Below are positions 53,841-62,919 of a DNA stretch of 64,000 nt, in pieces. Both the position numbers and the translations under genes were made by a program. The notes beneath the pieces were generated by a model, which saw nothing but the letters and a program-made list of their open reading frames with translations, was not told where the DNA came from and did no database searches. This DNA is from an uncultured Bacillota bacterium (lineage in GTDB: Bacteria > Bacillota_I > Bacilli_A > RF39 > UBA660), in the NCBI GenBank assembly GCA_947165005.1, contig CAMUYN010000002.1:7420-71419 (forward strand), in the 5' to 3' direction. The stretch's first letter is position 1. Each line of letters starts with the position of its first letter.

Positions 53841-55313
53841 ATGAAAAATGGTTTTGATAATAATAAATATATTAAGATTCAAAGCAAGAAAATAAGAGAA
53901 AGAATAAAAATGTTTGATAAACTTTATCTAGAGGTTGGAGGAAAATTATTTGATGATTCGCATGCAGCAAGAATTTTGCCTGGATTTCATAATGATGCGA
54001 AAATTTCTATGTTCAAGGAATTAAGAAAAGAATTAGAGATAATATTCTGCATTAATGCTAATGACATAGAAAAAAATAAGACCAGAAGTGAATATGCCAG
54101 AACATATGACAATGAATTGTTAACATTAATCAACAAATCTAAATCTATGGGATTTGATGTTAATTCAGTTGTTATAACTTTATATAAGAATCAACCAAGT
54201 GTTGATAAATTTATTAAAAAATTAAATAGAAATGGAATAAAAACATATATACATACATTTACAAAAGGTTATCCAACTGATGTAGATACAATAGTTAGTG
54301 AAGAGGGATATGGCGCAAATCCATATGTTGAAACAACTAAACCATTGGTTATTGTTAACGCCCCGGGTCCAGGAAGTGGAAAACTTGCAACATGCCTTTC
54401 ACAAATATATCATGAAAACATAAGGGGAGTTAATGCTGGATATGCTAAATTTGAAACATTCCCAGTATGGAATTTACCTTTAAAGCATCCTGTAAATATG
54501 GCATATGAAGCCGCTACTGCAGATTTAGAAGATGTTAATATGATAGATCCTTTTCACTTGGAAAAATATGGAAAAACTGCGGTAAACTATAATAGGGATG
54601 TTGAAATGTTCCCAGTATTAAAGAAAATATTATCTAAGGTTAGCGATAAAACGTTGTATTATTCTCCAACTGATATGGGAGTTAATATGGTTGGTTTTTG
54701 TATAACAGATAATAAAATAGTAGAGGAAGCTTCGAAAAAAGAAATAGTTAGAAGGTATTATAACGAATTAAATAATTATAAATTAGGGCTATGCGATGAA
54801 AATACATCTGAAAAAATTAAACTGCTAATGAATGAATTAAATATTAGCTCTGATTATATTGATGTAATAAAACCTGCATTAGAGAAAAAAGAGGAGAAGA
54901 AATCACATATAATAGCAATTAAGATAGGTAAGAAAATTATTACCGGAAAACAAACTGAGATTTTAACGCCTGCTAGTAGTGCTATTATTAATGCTATTAA
55001 ATATTTAAGTAAGATACCTGATGATATAGATTTATTATCACCAAAAGTATTAAAGCCAATAATGAACTTAAATGAAAATCTTGGTGATAATAAAAAATTA
55101 TTGACATTGCCAGAAGTTTTAACAGCACTTTCAATTTGTTCTGTGACAAATCCAATGATTGAAAAAGCAATATCTTGCTTAAGTAAATTAAAAGATGCAG
55201 AAGCTCATTCAACTTATATTGTAGAAAATGGGGACAAAAAAGTATTTAAGGAATTAAAAATCAATTTAACATGTGAAAGTGAATTTCTATCAGATATAGA
55301 TTTTTTAGAATAA
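53841..55313 (+). CDS. DUF1846 (UPF0371) family protein
   Basis: About 490 aa; N-terminal FDNNKYIKIQSKKIRERI...LYLEVGGKLFDDSHAARILPGF typical of UPF0371. Confidence 0.78.
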   Translation: MKNGFDNNKYIKIQSKKIRERIKMFDKLYLEVGGKLFDDSHAARILPGFHNDAKISMFKELRKELEIIFCINANDIEKNKTRSEYARTYDNELLTLINKSKSMGFDVNSVVITLYKNQPSVDKFIKKLNRNGIKTYIHTFTKGYPTDVDTIVSEEGYGANPYVETTKPLVIVNAPGPGSGKLATCLSQIYHENIRGVNAGYAKFETFPVWNLPLKHPVNMAYEAATADLEDVNMIDPFHLEKYGKTAVNYNRDVEMFPVLKKILSKVSDKTLYYSPTDMGVNMVGFCITDNKIVEEASKKEIVRRYYNELNNYKLGLCDENTSEKIKLLMNELNISSDYIDVIKPALEKKEEKKSHIIAIKIGKKIITGKQTEILTPASSAIINAIKYLSKIPDDIDLLSPKVLKPIMNLNENLGDNKKLLTLPEVLTALSICSVTNPMIEKAISCLSKLKDAEAHSTYIVENGDKKVFKELKINLTCESEFLSDIDFLE

Positions 55314-55336
55314 AGGATAGAATTATCCTTTATTTT
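55312..55336 (+). terminator. Rho-independent terminator
   Basis: AAAGGATA-GAAT-TATCCTTT hairpin plus T-rich tail. Confidence 0.75.
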
Positions 55337-55366
55337 ATTATATAATTTATTCAGAGGTGTAAAAAA

Positions 55367-56071
55367 ATGAAGAAAAAAATATTATTAATAGTTGCAATAT
55401 TAATGGCAGCATTAATTTTTATAGTTGTATATGAAATGAGAAAAGATAATAAAAATACTGATGCTTATAAATTTAAAGTTGAATATGAAAGTTTAAATAA
55501 TGAAGATAATGGACATGGTAAAAAATATAGAGAATTAAACATAGATAAAAAGAATAGAATTATATATTCAACAGCAAAGGAAATAGTAGAAAAAACTAAC
55601 AAAAAAGAAACCTTTATAGTATATTTTGGATTTGCCAAATGTCCTTGGTGTAGAAGCATGATAGAAAATTTAGTAGATTTATCAATTGAAAATGAAATGG
55701 ATATATATTATGTAGATGTACTTGATATAAGAGATACTATTGAATATGTAGACGGTGAATTAAAAACTACTAAGGAAGGCGACGAGAACTACATGAAATT
55801 AATAGAATTATATAGTGATGTCTTAGACGATTACAAGGTTAAAAATGGGGATGAATCAGTAGAAACTGGTGAAAAGAGAATATATGCTCCAAATGTAATT
55901 GCAGTTATTGATGGAAAAGCAAAAGAAAAAGTAGAGGGGATAAGTGAGAAATTAGAAGATCCATATGGACCATTAACTGATGAAATGAAAAATGCTTCAA
56001 TCAAACAACTAGAATGCATATTTAAATGCGTTGAAGAAGCAGGAGTTTGTACAGGGCCGGCATCGTGTTAA
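55367..56071 (+). CDS. membrane-anchored thioredoxin-fold protein (CPWC) with Cys-rich C-terminal tail
   Basis: N-terminal TM; FIVYFGFAKCPWCRS CxxC motif (resembles bacteriocin-transport-accessory type thioredoxins); tail ECIFKCVEEAGVCTGPASC. Confidence 0.6.
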   Translation: MKKKILLIVAILMAALIFIVVYEMRKDNKNTDAYKFKVEYESLNNEDNGHGKKYRELNIDKKNRIIYSTAKEIVEKTNKKETFIVYFGFAKCPWCRSMIENLVDLSIENEMDIYYVDVLDIRDTIEYVDGELKTTKEGDENYMKLIELYSDVLDDYKVKNGDESVETGEKRIYAPNVIAVIDGKAKEKVEGISEKLEDPYGPLTDEMKNASIKQLECIFKCVEEAGVCTGPASC

Positions 56072-56215
56072 AAAAAGGACTAGGTTATCTAGTCTTTTTT
56101 TTAAATTAAGAGGCACGTATGCAGGAAGCATTAGAAAAATATGAAATTTGTTTTTTATGTATTATAAGGGGGAATTTATGATATTTTCTGCGAATATAAT
56201 ATATGGAGGTAAAAT

Positions 56216-56998
56216 ATGCAAAAAAATGATATATCAGGGTTCGAAAATGAAAATCAATTTGTTTTTTACTTTGATAACAAACTAATTTCTGAACTCGATC
56301 CAATTTCGCAGGACTTAATTAATGTTTTATATGGCAAAATAGAGTTTAATCAAAGAATAATGTGTAGGCTGAATTTAAATAAACAAAAATCCGACATTAT
56401 TATAGCAATTGGTAGCCAAAAGAAATATATAAGTATAAAAAAAGGCTATAAAAATTCAGTGCATACAGAGAATATTTGGTCGTTCGTTAGATACTTGCGT
56501 AGCTGTAACATGTCGGAACGATTAATTCAAAAATTTCTCAGATTTCATTTTGCAGATGGTACTACCGATGGAACTGGTAAAGTAAGATTTAGTTCAAAAG
56601 AATATTTTTTGAATTATTCAGGTGATATTGAAGAATTAAATGAATTCTTTAACAAAAACGAATTTGTAAAAAAATCAATATATAGATTAGTTCTTACTGG
56701 TAATAATTCCAGAGTACCAATTGATGCGATAATTTGGGGCACTCCAACTGATTACTTGTGGATAACGCGTGATGAAGTTATGAATATATGTCTAAAGCAT
56801 ATTGGTATAGCTAAAAATGGCTTGGTAATATCAGGACTATTTTATCAACCATTTAATCGTAACTTGAATTATAATCCTAAGTATGAATTTGCTAGGAATT
56901 ATGTTCAATTCAAATGGTATCATTTGTCAGATGACATAATAGAAACTATGCAATTTTATAGGGAAAATGGTAGAACATATCAAGCAAATACGGGGTAA
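56216..56998 (+). CDS. orphan hypothetical protein, possible PD-(D/E)xK type II restriction-endonuclease-like fold
   Basis: GGAGG SD; N-terminal GFENENQFVFYFDNK and KSDIIIAIG...KKYISIKKG (D...SxK-like) resemble MspI/HpaII-type enzymes from memory only; no methyltransferase nearby. Confidence 0.35.
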   Translation: MQKNDISGFENENQFVFYFDNKLISELDPISQDLINVLYGKIEFNQRIMCRLNLNKQKSDIIIAIGSQKKYISIKKGYKNSVHTENIWSFVRYLRSCNMSERLIQKFLRFHFADGTTDGTGKVRFSSKEYFLNYSGDIEELNEFFNKNEFVKKSIYRLVLTGNNSRVPIDAIIWGTPTDYLWITRDEVMNICLKHIGIAKNGLVISGLFYQPFNRNLNYNPKYEFARNYVQFKWYHLSDDIIETMQFYRENGRTYQANTG

Positions 56999-57011
56999 AA
57001 AGACACAAAAA

Positions 57012-57041
57012 AACTAGTCAAATGACTAGCTTTATTTTTTT
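57012..57041. terminator. bidirectional terminator (nuclease-like gene / tRNA-Gly)
   Basis: A7, CTAGTCA-AA-TGACTAG hairpin, T-run. Confidence 0.7.
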
Positions 57042-57043
57042 TA

Positions 57044-57117
57044 TGGAGCAGGTGAGGAGAATCGGACTCCCGTATTTAGCTTGGAAGGCTAATGTTCTAC
57101 CATTGAACTACACCTGC
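57044..57117 (-). tRNA. tRNA-Gly(UCC) with atypical T-loop
   Basis: Reverse complement GCAGGTG TA GTTC AATGGTA GAAC A TTAGC CTTCCAA GCTAA ATAC GGGAG TCCGATT CTCCT CACCTGC T CCA; good cloverleaf but T-loop TCC instead of TTC. Confidence 0.75.
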
Positions 57118-57137
57118 AAAAAACAAATTACTCTTTA

Positions 57138-57165
57138 ATTATACTAGTTTTAGAAATAATGTCAA
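57138..57165 (-). promoter_or_regulatory. sigma-A promoter of stand-alone tRNA-Gly
   Basis: On minus strand TTGACA - 16 nt - TATAAT, about 20 nt upstream of the tRNA 5' end. Confidence 0.6.
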
Positions 57166-57258
57166 TATTAAATTGACAATTAATAAGTCAAAATACTCTT
57201 ATAATATATGTAATTATTTCTTTAAATGTTATAATTAAATTATAGGACAGGTGATTAT

Positions 57259-58137
57259 ATGTACGATACTATCATAGTAGGTGGTGGCCCAGCTGGACTT
57301 GCTAGTGCTATATATTTAAGAAGAGCTAATAAAAAAGTCTTAGTTTTAGAAGCAAATGTTTGCGGTGGACAAATAGTTAATGCAAAAGATATTGAAAACT
57401 ATCCTGGATATGAACATATATCTGGTTTTGATTTTAGTGAAAATCTTCGTAAACAAGTACTAAATCTAGGCGCTGAAATTAAATATGAAACAGTTTTAAA
57501 AGTAGATGAAGACAAAAAAGTATATACTGCTAATAATGTTTATGAAGCTAAGAGCGTTATATTAGCTGTTGGATCTAAGAATAGAAAATTAGGTATAACT
57601 AATGAAGAAAAGTTTAATGGAAAAGGTATAAGTTATTGTGCAACTTGTGATGGTAATTTTTATAGAAATAAAGATGTTGCAGTAATAGGTGGAGGTAACA
57701 CTGCTCTTGATGATATTCTTTATTTATCTGATATAGCAAATCATGTATATGGTATTGTTAGAAGAGATACCTATAAAGGTGAACTTCAAGAATTGGATGA
57801 AATTAATAGAAAAGATAATGTGACTATACTATATAATTCAGTTGTTACTGAATTAATAGGTAATGAAACAATTGAAAAAATAAAGATCAATAATGAAAAA
57901 GAAATAAATGTTTCTGGTGTTTTTGTTGCAATCGGACAAGAACCAAATAACATGATGTTTAAAAATGTTGTTGATATTGATGAAAAAGGGTATATAATAA
58001 CTAATGATGAAGTCAAAACAAAGACAAAAGGAATATATGTTGCTGGAGATGCTAGGGATAAAGTACTAAGACAATTAACTACTGCCACATCTGATGGTGC
58101 ACTAGCTGCTACATATGCAATAAAGGAGATGGAATAA
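57259..58137 (+). CDS. trxB: thioredoxin-disulfide reductase
   Basis: GGGPAG FAD motif, redox CATCDG, GGGNTA NADPH motif, GDARD. Confidence 0.92.
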   Translation: MYDTIIVGGGPAGLASAIYLRRANKKVLVLEANVCGGQIVNAKDIENYPGYEHISGFDFSENLRKQVLNLGAEIKYETVLKVDEDKKVYTANNVYEAKSVILAVGSKNRKLGITNEEKFNGKGISYCATCDGNFYRNKDVAVIGGGNTALDDILYLSDIANHVYGIVRRDTYKGELQELDEINRKDNVTILYNSVVTELIGNETIEKIKINNEKEINVSGVFVAIGQEPNNMMFKNVVDIDEKGYIITNDEVKTKTKGIYVAGDARDKVLRQLTTATSDGALAATYAIKEME

Positions 58138-58436
58138 TGGTTAAACAAATTGATTCAAAAGAATTTAAAGAAGTAATTAAAGAAGGAAAAATAGTAGTAG
58201 ATTTATTTGCTACTTGGTGTGGACCTTGTAAAATGTTATCACCTATTTTAGATGAAATATCAGAAGAAATAACTACAACTAAGTTTTATAAAATAGATGT
58301 AGATGATAATGAGGATGTTGCTAGAGAATATAATGTTATGTCTATACCTACAGTATTGGTATTTGAAAATGGTAATTTAATTAATACGATTATAGGTTTA
58401 AAGGGAAAAGAATACCTAGTAGAAGAGTTTAAATAG
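58137..58436 (+). CDS. trxA: thioredoxin
   Basis: WCGPCK active site; ATGG overlap with trxB stop. Confidence 0.92.
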   Translation: MVKQIDSKEFKEVIKEGKIVVDLFATWCGPCKMLSPILDEISEEITTTKFYKIDVDDNEDVAREYNVMSIPTVLVFENGNLINTIIGLKGKEYLVEEFK

Positions 58437-58444
58437 GTGATATT

Positions 58445-58849
58445 ATGGAAAAAGAAGTAATTATAGAAATATCTTGTGGAATAATAGTTTTTGATGATGA
58501 CAACAAGGTGTTATTAATAAAACATAAAGGTGGACATACATCTTTTCCTAAAGGTCATGTTGAAAAAGGAGAAACTCTTAGAGTCACAGCTATAAGAGAA
58601 ACAAAAGAAGAAACTGGTATTGTTGCGGAAATAAAGGGTAATAATTGTTTTATAAATACCTATGAACCCAAAGAAGGTTATGAAAAAGATGTTCTACTAT
58701 TTATTGGCAAGAAAACAGGAGGAGAACTTAAACCTCAATTAGAAGAAGTGTCTTTCTGTGATTTCTTTACTAAGGAAGAAGCAAAAGAAAAACTAACTTA
58801 CGAAATAGACAAAGAAATACTAGATAAAGCCTATGAACTATACAAATAA
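58445..58849 (+). CDS. NUDIX hydrolase
   Basis: Nudix box GHVEKGETLRVTAIRETKEETG. Confidence 0.85.
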   Translation: MEKEVIIEISCGIIVFDDDNKVLLIKHKGGHTSFPKGHVEKGETLRVTAIRETKEETGIVAEIKGNNCFINTYEPKEGYEKDVLLFIGKKTGGELKPQLEEVSFCDFFTKEEAKEKLTYEIDKEILDKAYELYK

Positions 58850-58916
58850 TAAGCGAAAGCTTATTTTTTTGTATATATGGCAAATAATTGCATATACTAA
58901 TAATGAGGGTGATTAA

Positions 58917-59354
58917 GTGAAAAGATTACTATTATACATATTTATTACCTTATTTATAGGTGGAATACCATCAATTAGTGTTGCTACTAATAATGTATAT
59001 CCTAGTTTAGTTAAACCTCCTTTATCCCCACCAGGATTTTTATTTCCAATAGTATGGTCAATATTATTTATATTAATGGGAATATCAATCTATTTAGTTA
59101 GGGATAAAAAAGATTTAAGAACAATATATTTTGTTCAATTATTCATTAATGCATTATGGACACCAATATTTTTTGGTTTAAATAATTATTTGTTTGCATT
59201 AATATGGTTAGTATTATTATTAATTACAGTATCAATCATGTTATATAAATTTTATAAAGAAAACAAAACAAGTTTTTATTTGAATATACCTTATTTAATT
59301 TGGTTATTATTTGCATTATATTTAAATACAGGAATATTTTTATTAAATAAATAA
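58917..59354 (+). CDS. tspO: TspO/MBR tryptophan-rich sensory protein
   Basis: 5 TM; PSLVKPPLSPPGFLFPIVWSILFILMG and NALWTPIFFG motifs; GTG start after GAGGGTGA. Confidence 0.8.
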   Translation: MKRLLLYIFITLFIGGIPSISVATNNVYPSLVKPPLSPPGFLFPIVWSILFILMGISIYLVRDKKDLRTIYFVQLFINALWTPIFFGLNNYLFALIWLVLLLITVSIMLYKFYKENKTSFYLNIPYLIWLLFALYLNTGIFLLNK

Positions 59355-59377
59355 ACATTGCTTATGCAATGTTTTTA
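59353..59377 (+). terminator. Rho-independent terminator after tspO
   Basis: AACATTGC-TTAT-GCAATGTT hairpin plus T-run. Confidence 0.8.
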
Positions 59378-59406
59378 TTGTATTCCTACCAAAATGGTAG
59401 TATAAT
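59378..59406 (+). promoter_or_regulatory. sigma-A promoter of Rrf2-suf operon with embedded palindromic operator candidate
   Basis: TTGTAT - 17 nt - TATAAT; spacer contains palindrome CTACCA-AAA-TGGTAG (59386-59400). Confidence 0.6.
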
Positions 59407-59425
59407 ACTTTCTAGGTGATTTTTT

Positions 59426-59815
59426 ATGAAAATTTCTTCAAAAGGCAGATATGGAATAACTATTATGACTTATCTTGCTAAACATTATAAAGAGGGTAAA
59501 TATATATCATTAAAAGAGATATCTGAAAATGAAAATATATCATATAAATATTTAGAAAAATTAATGATTACTCTTAATAAAGATGATTATTTAGATGTTA
59601 AAAAAGGTAATAATGGTGGTTATAGATTAAAAAGTGATCCAAAAAACTATAAAATTGGAGATATTTTAAGAAAACTTGAAGGACTTGGATTAACTGAATG
59701 TGATGAAAAAAATTGTGAAAAGAAAGATGGATGTTCTACTTATCCAATATATAAGGAATTAAATAATGAATTAATAAAAATGATGGATAATAAGACATTA
59801 GATACTTATATTTAG
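59426..59815 (+). CDS. Rrf2-family transcriptional regulator (IscR/SufR-like, Cys cluster)
   Basis: MKISSKGRYGITIMTYLA winged-helix N-terminus; C-terminal Cys triad TECDEKNCEKKDGCS. Confidence 0.85.
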   Translation: MKISSKGRYGITIMTYLAKHYKEGKYISLKEISENENISYKYLEKLMITLNKDDYLDVKKGNNGGYRLKSDPKNYKIGDILRKLEGLGLTECDEKNCEKKDGCSTYPIYKELNNELIKMMDNKTLDTYI

Positions 59816-59824
59816 AGGTGTAAT

Positions 59825-60553
59825 ATGTTAGTAATAAAAGATTTATATGCAAAAGCAAAAGATAAAGAAATAATAAAAGGATTAAACCTAGAAATTAATA
59901 AAAACGAAATACATGTTATTATGGGACCAAATGGTGCAGGAAAATCAACTTTATCAAATATTATTTTAAATAATCCTAAGTATAAAATAACTAAGGGAGA
60001 AATCTTATTTGAAGGTGAAAATATAAATGATTTAAAGACAAATGAAATAGCTAAAAAAGGTATATTTATGTCTTTCCAAACTCCAGAAGAAATACCAGGT
60101 ATAACTGAAGCAGAATTATTAAAAAGTGCTAAAACTAGTATAACTGGAGAAAAGGTTAATCTATTTGAATTTGCTAATGAAATAGATGATAATATGTCTA
60201 AATTAAATATAAATAAAAATTATATTAATAGAGAAGTTAATGTAGGTTTTTCTGGTGGAGAAAAAAAGAAAAATGAAATACTTCAAATGCTAACTTTAAA
60301 TCCTAAATTAGCTATATTAGATGAAACTGATTCTGGATTAGATGTTGATGCTATTAAGACTGTTTCTAAAGGTATTAAACTATTTAAAAATGAAAATAAT
60401 GCGGTATTAATAATTACACACTCTACTAAATTATTAAAAGATTTAGATGTAGATTATGTACATATATTAGTAGATGGAAAAATAGTTAAAACTGGTAATA
60501 AAGATCTAGCTAAAGAAATTGATGAAAAGGGATATTCTGAATATGAAAACTAG
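59825..60553 (+). CDS. sufC: Fe-S cluster assembly ATPase SufC
   Basis: Walker A GPNGAGKST, signature FSGGEKKKNEI, Walker B LAILDETDSGLD. Confidence 0.92.
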   Translation: MLVIKDLYAKAKDKEIIKGLNLEINKNEIHVIMGPNGAGKSTLSNIILNNPKYKITKGEILFEGENINDLKTNEIAKKGIFMSFQTPEEIPGITEAELLKSAKTSITGEKVNLFEFANEIDDNMSKLNINKNYINREVNVGFSGGEKKKNEILQMLTLNPKLAILDETDSGLDVDAIKTVSKGIKLFKNENNAVLIITHSTKLLKDLDVDYVHILVDGKIVKTGNKDLAKEIDEKGYSEYEN

Positions 60554-61934
60554 AGTAGATGATATTAATGAAAATATTTATAATATGAAAACATCTGACT
60601 CTAGTAAAAAGAAATATGGACTTAGTGAAGAAATCATTAAAGAAATATCTAAAGAAAAGGGTGAACCTGATTGGGTTTTAGATATTAGATTAAAAGCCTA
60701 TGATTTTTACAAGAGTTTACCTATGCCAACTTGGGGACCAGATTTAAGTGATTTAGATTTAGATAATATAGCTAGCTATGTTTATGCTTCACATAATATG
60801 GTTGATAAATGGGAAGATGTTCCAGAAGATATAAAAAATGTATTTGACAAATTAGGAATACCAGAAGCAGAAAAGAAATCCCTATCTGGTGTTGGAGCAC
60901 AATATGACTCTGAAATGATATATCATAATATAGCAAAAGATCTAGAATCAAAGGGCGTTATATATGAAAACTTTGATACAGCAATCAAAAAGTATCCAGA
61001 GTTAATAAAAAAATATTTTAGTCATTTAGTACCATTAAATGATCATAAATTCATTGCACTTCATTATGCGTTATTTTCGGGCGGCTCATTTGTTTATATC
61101 CCTAAAGGAGTAAAACTGGATAATCCACTACAATCATATTTTAGACTTAATTCTCCAGGCGCTGGTCAATTTGAACATACGCTAATAATTGTCGAAGATA
61201 ATGCCTCTTTAGAATTTATCGAGGGATGTTCAGCTCCAGGATACAATGAACTTAATTTACACTGTGGATGCGTAGAATTATTTGTTATGAATGATTCGTA
61301 TCTAAAATTTTCTACTATAGAAAACTGGTCTAAAAATCTATTGAATTTAAATACAAAAAAATCGATAGTAGGAGAAAATTCTAAAATAGATTGGGTTATG
61401 GGGTCATTTGGTTCTAAAATATCCATGTTATATCCTATGACTATATTAAATGGTGATAATTCTAAATGTGAAACGACTCAAATATCATTCGCAGGTAAAG
61501 GACAAAACTTAGATACAGGAATAAAAGTTATTCACAATGCTAAAAATACAAGTACTAGAGTCAATTCAAAATCAATATCTAAAGATGGTGGAATATGTAC
61601 TTTTAGGAGTAATGTTTGGGTAAAACCACAAGCAGATAATTCTAGAGTAGCATTATCTTGTGAATCACTTATGCTTGATAGTGAGTCAAGGAGTGATACT
61701 GTTCCAGTAAGTAATATAGAGAACGAGGATGTTATATTTTCTCATGAAGCAAAAATAGGAAAAGTGAATGATGATTCTATATTTTATCTGATGAGCAGAG
61801 GTCTTTCTGAAGAGGAAGCAATTGGAATGCTTGTTAGGGGATTTGCGGATCCCATATCTAAAGAATTTCCTGTAGAATATGCAGTAGAAATGAATAGATT
61901 AATTAATTTGGAATTAGAAGGGAGTATAGGTTAA
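60543..61934 (+). CDS. sufB: Fe-S cluster assembly scaffold SufB
   Basis: About 464 aa; FIEGCSAP, HEAKIGKV..DSIFYLMSRGLSEEEA C-terminal signature; 11-nt overlap with sufC. Confidence 0.9.
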   Translation: MKTRVDDINENIYNMKTSDSSKKKYGLSEEIIKEISKEKGEPDWVLDIRLKAYDFYKSLPMPTWGPDLSDLDLDNIASYVYASHNMVDKWEDVPEDIKNVFDKLGIPEAEKKSLSGVGAQYDSEMIYHNIAKDLESKGVIYENFDTAIKKYPELIKKYFSHLVPLNDHKFIALHYALFSGGSFVYIPKGVKLDNPLQSYFRLNSPGAGQFEHTLIIVEDNASLEFIEGCSAPGYNELNLHCGCVELFVMNDSYLKFSTIENWSKNLLNLNTKKSIVGENSKIDWVMGSFGSKISMLYPMTILNGDNSKCETTQISFAGKGQNLDTGIKVIHNAKNTSTRVNSKSISKDGGICTFRSNVWVKPQADNSRVALSCESLMLDSESRSDTVPVSNIENEDVIFSHEAKIGKVNDDSIFYLMSRGLSEEEAIGMLVRGFADPISKEFPVEYAVEMNRLINLELEGSIG

Positions 61935-61935
61935 T

Positions 61936-62919
61936 ATGAAATATATTTTAAATGAAACTCCAGTTAGAACTTCTAATAATTTCAGAATTAATGATTTGAC
62001 TTTAGATTTAAATATAGAAGAAAAAGAATTATCAAAAGTATACATCAAAGGTATTGAGGTAAAAACAATTATAAAAAATGATTTTAATAGCAGGATAAAT
62101 CTTCAACATAATAAATATAATTTCATAGGATTAAATATATTTAAAGATAGTAACATTGAAATAAATAGTAATCTTGAAACTAACTATTTAGTAGATCAAA
62201 TAGATATTAATCTTAAAGAAAACACTACTTCAAATTTTATAATTAAATATAGCGGAGAAGGTTATCATAATTCAAAGATTTGCATAAATACTAATAAGAA
62301 TTCTACAGCAAATATTACAATATTAAATCTATTATCCAAAGATAGTTTATCGTTTATATCACTTGAAGGTTCTATTGATGAAAACTCAAATTTAAATATT
62401 AATTTTATAGATTTAGGTGGAAAGGTAAGAGTGAACAATTATTATTCTATATTAGAAAGAAACTCTATAAATAATTTTAATAATATATATATAGGAAAAA
62501 AAGAAGATAGAATAGATATGAATTATTATATGATTAATAAGGGAGAAAATTCTAATAGTAATATCGAAATATCCGGTTCACTTTTTGATGATAGCCATAA
62601 GAGCTTTAAAGGTACAATTGATTTTGTTAAGGGATCAATAAACTCTATTGGTTATGAAAACGAAAATTGCTTGTTATTTAGTGATAAAACTATATCTAAA
62701 TCCTTACCAATGCTTTTATGCCATGAAGAAACTGTAAATGGTACTCATTCTGTTTCTACTGGTAAAGTTGATGAAGATAAACTATTTTATTTAGAGACTA
62801 GAGGAATAACTAAAGAAAAAGCTAGAAAGTTATTAATGATGGCTAGCTTTAATAAAATTTTAAATAGATTAGACAATAAAGATGAAATTTTAAAATATAT
62901 TGATGAATATATTAAATAA
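61936..62919 (+). CDS. sufD: Fe-S cluster assembly protein SufD (divergent)
   Basis: C-terminal LLCHEETVNGTHSVSTGKVDEDKLFYLETRGITKEKARKLL matches the SufB/SufD beta-helix C-terminus; follows sufB by 1 nt. Confidence 0.7.
   Translation: MKYILNETPVRTSNNFRINDLTLDLNIEEKELSKVYIKGIEVKTIIKNDFNSRINLQHNKYNFIGLNIFKDSNIEINSNLETNYLVDQIDINLKENTTSNFIIKYSGEGYHNSKICINTNKNSTANITILNLLSKDSLSFISLEGSIDENSNLNINFIDLGGKVRVNNYYSILERNSINNFNNIYIGKKEDRIDMNYYMINKGENSNSNIEISGSLFDDSHKSFKGTIDFVKGSINSIGYENENCLLFSDKTISKSLPMLLCHEETVNGTHSVSTGKVDEDKLFYLETRGITKEKARKLLMMASFNKILNRLDNKDEILKYIDEYIK

Noticed and set aside
56119-56181. 20-codon micro-ORF upstream of the nuclease-like gene as a controller (C) protein
   Set aside because: It is far too short for an HTH C-protein and no homology was recognised. 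It is mentioned only as context.
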